A stretch of DNA of 64,000 bases from Caulobacteraceae bacterium. GTDB lineage: Bacteria > Pseudomonadota > Alphaproteobacteria > Caulobacterales > Caulobacteraceae. Position numbers and translations under genes: made by a program. The stretch is from contig DASZKO010000085.1 in assembly GCA_035605655.1 (NCBI GenBank), positions 1,409 through 65,408 of the forward strand, read 5' to 3'. A model generated the notes under the pieces. It ran no database searches. It was not told the DNA's origin and saw nothing but the letters and a program-made list of their open reading frames with translations. This document shows positions 58,008 through 64,000 of the stretch, in pieces. Each line of letters begins with the position of its first letter. The stretch's first letter is position 1.

Positions 58008-59056
58008 CCCTCGAGCCGCGCGAGCGCCCAGCGGGCCGCGTCGCGCACCATTTCGCAGCTGTCGTCGAGGCGCGCCCGCGCGGCCGGGATCAGGCTCGCA
58101 TCGGCGGAGTTTCCGATAGCATAGAGGACGTTGCGGACCAGCCGGTCGCGGCCGATGCGCTTGACGGGGCTGGCCGCGAAAAGGGCGCCGAAGGCGGCGT
58201 CGTCCAGCGCCGCGAGGTCGGCCAGGGAGGGAGCGCGCAGGGCCTCGCGGGCGTGGAGCTTGGCCTCGCGGGCCTTGGAGGCGAACTTGTTCCACGGGCA
58301 GACCGCCAGGCAGTCGTCGCAGCCGAAGATCCGGTTGCCCATGGCCTCGCGGTAGCGCTCCGGGATCTCTCCGTCGTGCTCGATGGTGAGATAGGAGAGG
58401 CAGGCGCGGGCGTCGAGCTGGTAGGGGGCGGGAAAGGCCTTCGTCGGACAGATGTCGAGACAGGCGCGGCACGAGCCGCAGAGGTCCTCGCCGGCACGTC
58501 CGGGCGGCAGCTCGGCGGTGGTCAGAATGACTCCCAGGAACAGCCATGAGCCGTAGTCCCGCGAGACGAGGTTGGTGTGCTTGCCCTGCCAGCCGACGCC
58601 GGCCAGCGCCGCCAGGGGCTTTTCCATCAGGGGCGCGGTGTCGACGAAGACCTTGACCTCGGCGGCGCAGCGGCGGGCGATTTCGCCGGCCAGGGCCTTG
58701 AGCTTGCCCTTGATCACCTCGTGATAGTCGCGGCCCTGGGCGTACACCGAGATCGCCGCGCGCGAGCGGTCGTTCAGGGCCTCCAGGGGATCGCGGTCCG
58801 GCCCGTAGTTCATCCCCACCACCACCGCCGAGCGGGCCGAGGGCCACATGGCTTTGGGGTGCGAACGGCGATCCAGGGTCCTGGCCATCCACTCCATGGT
58901 CCCGTGGCGGCCTTCGTGGACGAACTCGGCAAGGGCGCCGGCGGCCGGCCACGGCGCCTCCACGGAAGCGAGTTCGCAGACCTCGAAACCCAGGCGAGCG
59001 GCGGCGGAACGGATCAGGTCGGCGGAGGATTGGGAGCTAGAAGTCGAGGTCGTCAT
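58004..59056 (-). CDS. queG: Epoxyqueuosine reductase
   Basis: HG.MEWM, SVYA.GRDYH, FVDTAPLMEK, GWQGK, CGSCRACLDICPT, CLSYLTIE, FGCDDC..VCPWN. Confidence 0.95.
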   Translation of the reverse strand: MTTSTSSSQSSADLIRSAAARLGFEVCELASVEAPWPAAGALAEFVHEGRHGTMEWMARTLDRRSHPKAMWPSARSAVVVGMNYGPDRDPLEALNDRSRAAISVYAQGRDYHEVIKGKLKALAGEIARRCAAEVKVFVDTAPLMEKPLAALAGVGWQGKHTNLVSRDYGSWLFLGVILTTAELPPGRAGEDLCGSCRACLDICPTKAFPAPYQLDARACLSYLTIEHDGEIPERYREAMGNRIFGCDDCLAVCPWNKFASKAREAKLHAREALRAPSLADLAALDDAAFGALFAASPVKRIGRDRLVRNVLYAIGNSADASLIPAARARLDDSCEMVRDAARWALARLEG

Positions 59057-59726
59057 AGTGGCTCGACGGCGCCAGACCCGGCCATCGATCGGTGAGCAGG
59101 GGGCGAAACGCCGGCCGGGACTTGACCTTCATGTACCAGGTCTTGGCCTGGCCGAAGTCGCGCCACGGAATATCGCCGAAATAGTCCAGCACCGAGAGAT
59201 GGGCGGCGGCGGCGAAGTCGGCCAGGGTCAGGCGCCGCCCGGCCAGCCAGTCCCGCGCCTGAAGGAGCTTGTCGACATAGGCCATGTGGACCCGCATGGC
59301 CTCACGCCCCTGGCGCATGTTGTACAGATCCGGCGCGCCCATCTTGAGCAGCCGTTTCTCCAGCTTCTCGTGCAGGAGGTAGGCGTTGACCTCGTTGTCG
59401 AACTTGCGGTCGAACCATTCCAACAGCCGGCGCACCTCGGCGCGATCGGCGGGGCTGGCCCCCAGCAGGCCATGGTCGGGGATCTCGCTTTCCAGGTGCT
59501 CGAGGATGGCCCGCGATTCGCATACCACCAGGGGATCTCCGCTCGCCCCCTGCTCGACGAGCACCGGGGTGAGGCCGGAAGGATTGAGGGCCAGGAAGTC
59601 CTTGGGCTGCTCCCAGTAGCGGACCACCTCGTCGACGAACGGGAGCTTCTTCTCGCCCAGCGACAGGCGGACCTGGCGCGAGGCCGGATCGAGAGGGAAA
59701 TGATGCAGGGTGCGGACGAGGCTCAT
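59037..59726 (-). CDS. fzlA: GST-fold FtsZ-binding protein FzlA
   Basis: RTLHHFPLDPASRQVRL.LGEK, WFDRKF..EVN..LLHEK, WY...KSRP.FRP.L.DR, C-terminal HYDDLDF; adjacent to queG. Confidence 0.9.
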   Translation of the reverse strand: MSLVRTLHHFPLDPASRQVRLSLGEKKLPFVDEVVRYWEQPKDFLALNPSGLTPVLVEQGASGDPLVVCESRAILEHLESEIPDHGLLGASPADRAEVRRLLEWFDRKFDNEVNAYLLHEKLEKRLLKMGAPDLYNMRQGREAMRVHMAYVDKLLQARDWLAGRRLTLADFAAAAHLSVLDYFGDIPWRDFGQAKTWYMKVKSRPAFRPLLTDRWPGLAPSSHYDDLDF

Positions 59727-59780
59727 GTCTGGCGCGTCGAGCTATAGCCTCCCTGGGGCCGAGCCAACAACGCCACAGAT

Positions 59781-59797
59781 GTTAAGACGGCGTTTAC
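59781..59797. promoter_or_regulatory. Putative CtrA binding site upstream of fzlA
   Basis: GTTAA-GACGGCG-TTTAC, one mismatch from TTAA-N7-TTAA, 55 nt upstream of the fzlA ATG. Confidence 0.5.
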
Positions 59798-60741
59798 ACC
59801 GCCTTTTCATGGCTGGAGCGGACCTCGGAGAAGGCCCCGCCATGCGGCTCGGCCCTTCCGCGCGGGTCGGGATGGATCAGGATGTCGGCCTCCGGAAAAG
59901 CTTCCAATACCCGCCGCTCGGCGGCCACGACGATCTTGTGGGCGGCTTCGAGGGTGAGTTCGGGATCGATTTCGGCATGCAGCTGAATGTGGACGATCGG
60001 CCCGGCGGCGCGGGTGCGCAGCTGGTGGACCTGAGAGATCCGCCCATCCTGCGTCATCAGCTCGATAATCCGGCGGCGATCCTCGTCGGGGAGCTCACGG
60101 TCGAGGAGCTGGTTGGAGGCCTCGCGGAACACCGACACCGCCCCCCAGAGCAGGATCGCCCCGACGCCCAGACCGCCCAGGGCGTCGAATCCCGTCCAGC
60201 CGAACACCACGACCGCGGCTATGGCGACGAGGGCGATGACATTGGAGGCAAGGTCGGCGGCGTAGTGGGTGCGGTCGGCGGACACGGCCACGGACGACGC
60301 CTGGCGCAGGGAACGCGTCTGGGCCCAGATCAACAAGCCGGTCAGAACGATCGAAAGCGCCATCACCCCCATCGCCCAGGCCTCCAACTGTATCGGATGA
60401 GGATGGATGAGGTGGCGCACCGCCTCTTCGCCGATGAGGGCGGCGGAGGCGAACACCAGGCCGCCCTGGAAAAGACTGGCGAAGGCCTCCGCCTTGCCAT
60501 GGCCGAAGCGGTGCTCGGCATCGGGCGGGGCGGCGGCGTAGCGCACGGCGAAGAAGGTCGCCGAGCTGGCGAGGAAGTCGAGACCGGAGTCAGCCATGGA
60601 AGCCAGGAGGGCCACGGAGCCGCTCACCCACCAGACCAGGCCTTTGGCTATGACGAGAATGGTGGCCACGCTCAGCGACATCAGGCTCACCCGCCTGGTC
60701 GAGGCGGCGCGCTGCGCCAGCACGGTGGAAACGGCCTTCAT
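59794..60741 (-). CDS. Cation diffusion facilitator transporter (FieF-like)
   Basis: SGSVALLAS.ADS.LD, PPD.EH.FGHGKAE, AD..HY..D, D.LG, LRTR.AG, IHPDP. Confidence 0.9.
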   Translation of the reverse strand: MKAVSTVLAQRAASTRRVSLMSLSVATILVIAKGLVWWVSGSVALLASMADSGLDFLASSATFFAVRYAAAPPDAEHRFGHGKAEAFASLFQGGLVFASAALIGEEAVRHLIHPHPIQLEAWAMGVMALSIVLTGLLIWAQTRSLRQASSVAVSADRTHYAADLASNVIALVAIAAVVVFGWTGFDALGGLGVGAILLWGAVSVFREASNQLLDRELPDEDRRRIIELMTQDGRISQVHQLRTRAAGPIVHIQLHAEIDPELTLEAAHKIVVAAERRVLEAFPEADILIHPDPRGRAEPHGGAFSEVRSSHEKAV

Positions 60742-60788
60742 GCGTCCAGCTTAGCGATTTTGGGCGCGCGAAACAGGCGCCGCCGCCC

Positions 60789-61880
60789 TCACGCCGCCGC
60801 GCGAGGGAGCGGGCCGACGTAGGCAGAGGCGGGACGGATCAGGCGCCCGCCGGCGACCTGCTCGCGGGCATGGGCGACCCAGCCGGCGACCCGTCCCATG
60901 GCGAAGACGCAGGTGAAGGCCGATGGGGGGAAGGCCAGGGCCTCCAGCAAAAGGGCGGTGTAAAGCTCGACGTTGGTCTGCAATGAGCGATTGGGTTTGC
61001 GCTCGGCGAGTATGTCGAGGGCGGCGCGCTCGACCGCCTCGGCGAACGCCAGCCGCCCGGGGAGGATGTTCGAACCCGCCCCCAGGGCCTTCACGGCCCG
61101 CTTCAAGGCGTCGGCGCGGGGATCTCGGACCTTGTAGACGCGATGTCCGAAGCCCATCAGCCGATCGCCGCGGTCGAGCGCCGATTCCAGCCAGGCGCGG
61201 GCGTTCTCCGGCGTCCCTATGCCATCGAGCATCTCGATCACCGGACCGGGGGCGCCGCCGTGCAGCGGTCCCTTGAGGGCGCTGATGCCGGCCAGGACCG
61301 CCGAGGTCAGGCCCGCCCGGGTCGAGGCGACCACCCGCGCGGCAAAAGTCGAGGCGTTGAAGCCGTGGTCGGCGATCGTCACCAGATAGGCGTCTAGAGC
61401 CGCTTCCTCCGCCGCGGAGGGACGCTGGCCGCGGATCATGCGCAGAATATCGGCGGCGTGGCGGAGGTCCGGATCGGGCCTCACCGGCGCCTCGCCGGCC
61501 TGGGCGCGGACGACAGCGGCGGTGAAAACGGCCGGGGCGGCGGTCAGACGGAAGGCAAGCGCCAGGTCGTCGCCGTCGGCGATCCGCGCGGTCAGGGCCC
61601 GCATGGCTTCCACGGGGCTGAGAGTGATGAGCCGCGAATCGAGGCCGGCTAACTCCTCGGCCACTTCCACCCGCGCCGCCCCGAGGGCGGCGGTGAGGTC
61701 CTCCGGGAGGTCGGCGAAGAAGCCGCTCCACAACAGGTGGGCCACATCCTCGAACCGCCAGCTCCCGGCGATCTCGTCCAGTGAGTGGCCGCGGACCACC
61801 AGCACGCCGGCTTGGCCGTCAACATCGGAGAGCACCGTCTCGGCGGCCACTACGCCTTCCAGTCCGTCGGCGACAGCCAT
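60789..61880 (-). CDS. Citrate synthase / methylcitrate synthase family (CitB-like)
   Basis: GLEGVVAAET, DHGFNASTF, GPLHGGA, MGFGHRVY...DPRA, TNVELY, LIRP. RBS AGGAGG. Confidence 0.88.
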   Translation of the reverse strand: MAVADGLEGVVAAETVLSDVDGQAGVLVVRGHSLDEIAGSWRFEDVAHLLWSGFFADLPEDLTAALGAARVEVAEELAGLDSRLITLSPVEAMRALTARIADGDDLALAFRLTAAPAVFTAAVVRAQAGEAPVRPDPDLRHAADILRMIRGQRPSAAEEAALDAYLVTIADHGFNASTFAARVVASTRAGLTSAVLAGISALKGPLHGGAPGPVIEMLDGIGTPENARAWLESALDRGDRLMGFGHRVYKVRDPRADALKRAVKALGAGSNILPGRLAFAEAVERAALDILAERKPNRSLQTNVELYTALLLEALAFPPSAFTCVFAMGRVAGWVAHAREQVAGGRLIRPASAYVGPLPRAAA

Positions 61881-61931
61881 GGCCCGGCCTCCTTGAATCC
61901 CCGCCCCGCCCATGCGAGCTTCCCGATGGAG

Positions 61932-61957
61932 AATCAAGATTGATCAATCTGATCAAT
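61932..61957. promoter_or_regulatory. Repeated/palindromic operator between the divergent citrate synthase genes
   Basis: 14-bp palindrome AGATTGATCAATCT (61937-61950) overlapping direct repeats TGATCAAT at 61941 and 61950. Confidence 0.65.
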
Positions 61958-61965
61958 ATAAGACC

Positions 61966-63096
61966 ATGACCGAGTGGCTGAAGTCTGGGGAAGCCCTCCA
62001 GCGCCTGGGAGTCCGCTCCCAGACGCTTTACGCCTACGTCAGCCGTGGCCGGGTCCACGCCGAGGCCGATCCAGACGATCCGCGTCGCAGCCGGTACCGG
62101 GCCAGCGACATCGCCGCCCTGCGGGTGCGCAAGAGCCGCGGCCGCAAGGCCGCCGACGTCGCCGCCGACGCCATCGCCTGGGGCGAGCCCGTCCTCGCCT
62201 CTTCGATCACCACCGTGGCCGACGGCCGGCTCTATTATCGCGGCCGCGACGCCGCTCGTCTGGCCGAAAGCGAGACCCTGGAAAGTGTCGCCCGCCTGCT
62301 CCGCGGCGGGGCGGGGCACGCCATGCGCCGAACGTTGCGGCCGACCCCGCCCGCCGCCGGGACCATGCGCGAGCGGGCCTTCGCGGCCTTGGCCATGCGC
62401 GCCGCCACGGCGCCCGCGGCGGCGGACCCGGCCGACGAAGCGGCCGGTCTGCTCGACATCCTCGCCGACGCCATCACCGGCGAGATCGGCGGCGGCCCGA
62501 TCCACGAGCGTCTGGGGAGGGCCTGGGGCTGCGGACCGGCAGGCATCGATCTCGTCCGCCGCGCCCTCGTCCTCCTGGCCGACCATGAACTCAACCCGTC
62601 GACCTTTGCCTCTCGCGTCGCCGCCTCGACCGGAGCCTCGCTCGCCGCCTGCGCCCTGGCCGGCCTGGCGACCCTCTCCGGACCCCTGCACGGCGGGGCG
62701 GCTGGCGCCATGGGCGCCCTCGCAGACGAGGCCGAGCGCCTGGGGGCCCAGGCGGTGGCCGCGCGACTCGCCCACGGCATCACCGCCCCGGGCTTCGGCC
62801 ATCCGCTCTATCCGGACGGCGATCCCCGCGCCCGCGCCTTGCTCGGCGCCTTCGCCGCCCCGCCGCCCCTGGAGGCCCTGCGGCGGGCGATGGAATCGGC
62901 GACCGGCCACGCCGACAACGTCGATTTCGCCCTGCTGGCGCTCGCCAGGGCCCTTGGCCTGCCGCCCGACGCGCCCTTCGCCCTCTTCGCGGTCGCCCGC
63001 TGCGCCGGCTGGACCGCCCATGCCCTCGAACAGGGCGCCGAAGGGGCCCTGATCCGGCCCCGCGCCCGCTATGCGGGGCCGGCGCCGGAGGTCTGA
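61966..63096 (+). CDS. HTH-citrate synthase fusion (CitC-like)
   Basis: N-terminal excisionase-like HTH (WL...EA..RLGV..QTLYAYVSRG), then ADHELN.STF, GPLHGGA, GFGHPLY, NVDF, LIRP. Confidence 0.88.
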   Translation: MTEWLKSGEALQRLGVRSQTLYAYVSRGRVHAEADPDDPRRSRYRASDIAALRVRKSRGRKAADVAADAIAWGEPVLASSITTVADGRLYYRGRDAARLAESETLESVARLLRGGAGHAMRRTLRPTPPAAGTMRERAFAALAMRAATAPAAADPADEAAGLLDILADAITGEIGGGPIHERLGRAWGCGPAGIDLVRRALVLLADHELNPSTFASRVAASTGASLAACALAGLATLSGPLHGGAAGAMGALADEAERLGAQAVAARLAHGITAPGFGHPLYPDGDPRARALLGAFAAPPPLEALRRAMESATGHADNVDFALLALARALGLPPDAPFALFAVARCAGWTAHALEQGAEGALIRPRARYAGPAPEV

Positions 63097-63683
63097 ATCC
63101 GCCAGGCTCGCTCGACGGCCGCGCGTGGATCGAGCGCCAGCCCTCGGCGCTGCAGGGCCAGGCCCTGGAGAATGATCTGGCGACCAGCCAGGAAGCGCGA
63201 CCGCCAAGCGTAGCCCAGCAGGTAGAGCGATCGGTCCTGGCGCGCCTCGCCAGCCTCCACGTAGTCGGTGACGATCGCCACCGGCAGGCGCGCTTCGCCG
63301 TCACCCTTGGCGTGAGCGGCCTCCAGGGCCTTGGCGAGGCCGCCGGCGATCCACCCCTGGTCGATTTGCGGGCGCGCGGCGGCGACCTCCATCGCATGGC
63401 CGAGGATGGCGGCGGGGAAATAGTAGCGCTGGGACTGGATCACCTGCCGGGCGTCGACCGCTTCGAGAGTCAGGCGCTTGCCGTCGGCGTCGGCGGCGGA
63501 CCGCAGGACAAGGGCGGCGGCGACCTGCGACTGCTCGGCGGCGCGGCGCGTCTCCTCGGCATGCTGGCGGTGGGAATCCCAGTAGCTCAGGCCGGCGATC
63601 ACCACCGCGATCACCGCCGCGGCCTCGCCTATGGTGAGCCAGAAGCGCCGGCGTTTGCGCTCAGCCTGTGGGGACTCGCTCAT
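63069..63683 (-). CDS. Hypothetical membrane-anchored protein
   Basis: RRRFWLTIGEAAAVIAVVIAGLSYW single TM; directly downstream of the same-strand gene. Confidence 0.65.
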   Translation of the reverse strand: MSESPQAERKRRRFWLTIGEAAAVIAVVIAGLSYWDSHRQHAEETRRAAEQSQVAAALVLRSAADADGKRLTLEAVDARQVIQSQRYYFPAAILGHAMEVAAARPQIDQGWIAGGLAKALEAAHAKGDGEARLPVAIVTDYVEAGEARQDRSLYLLGYAWRSRFLAGRQIILQGLALQRRGLALDPRAAVERAWRIQTSGAGPA

Positions 63684-63687
63684 CGTT

Positions 63688-64000
63688 TCATCGCGATGCG
63701 GCCACGGACGCCCTCACCGCCTCGGCATACTGGCCGCCCTTGCGGTAACGCCAGAGGTAGGTCGGGATGATCGCCTCGACCGCCGTCGCCGCCACGCCGA
63801 GCTCGGCAAGGCCAGGCGCGCCGGGGGCGACGACATTGTCGGCGCGCAGCATCTCCACCTGGTCGCGGGTGAGCGGCGGCGCGATGCCGAGGCGGGAGAG
63901 GGCGTCGCCCATCGCGCCCAGCGTCTCTGCGAGGCCGAACGATACCTTCACCAGTCGTGGGCGGCGCTCGACTACACCCAGCATCAGCCGCATCAGGGCC
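63688..64000 (-). CDS. Complex I NDUFA9-like NAD-dependent epimerase, C-terminal part (truncated by window)
   Basis: PPLTRDQV.ML..DNVV, GL.ELG, IIPTYLWRYR.GGQY. Confidence 0.85.
   Translation of the reverse strand, partial: ALMRLMLGVVERRPRLVKVSFGLAETLGAMGDALSRLGIAPPLTRDQVEMLRADNVVAPGAPGLAELGVAATAVEAIIPTYLWRYRKGGQYAEAVRASVAASR

Overview
High-GC, gene-dense alphaproteobacterial chromosome segment. It is most likely Caulobacteraceae, judging by an FzlA protein very close to the Caulobacter type, fzlA-queG, a pyrD-cenK-ggt arrangement, a divergent citrate synthase pair and a CIR-type repeat. There are about 66 CDS. No rRNA, tRNA, CRISPR array, transposase or phage gene was seen. The first ~47 kb is accessory metabolism: sugar-nucleotide enzymes, acyl-CoA catabolism, peptidases, kynBU, a Mo-hydroxylase and transporters. 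The last ~15 kb is core Caulobacter-like synteny. Main signals: (i) an HpnP-type hopanoid C-2 methylase behind an EcfG/SigT-type promoter, near a possible lipid-remodelling block (GT4, PLD, DUF2059, radical SAM, DUF2141); (ii) a second EcfG-type promoter ahead of two tiny hydrophilic ORFs, one missing from the ORF track; (iii) a structured leader upstream of chrA; (iv) an Mpl-like Mur ligase with a rewritten substrate motif; (v) a 915-aa glycine-rich protein with no signal peptide; (vi) an overlapping IorAB-TPR/glycosyltransferase-deacetylase operon; (vii) a CTAG-bounded GANTC palindromic repeat that supplies the stop codons of both neighbours. All family calls come from motif recognition by eye; no database searches were run.
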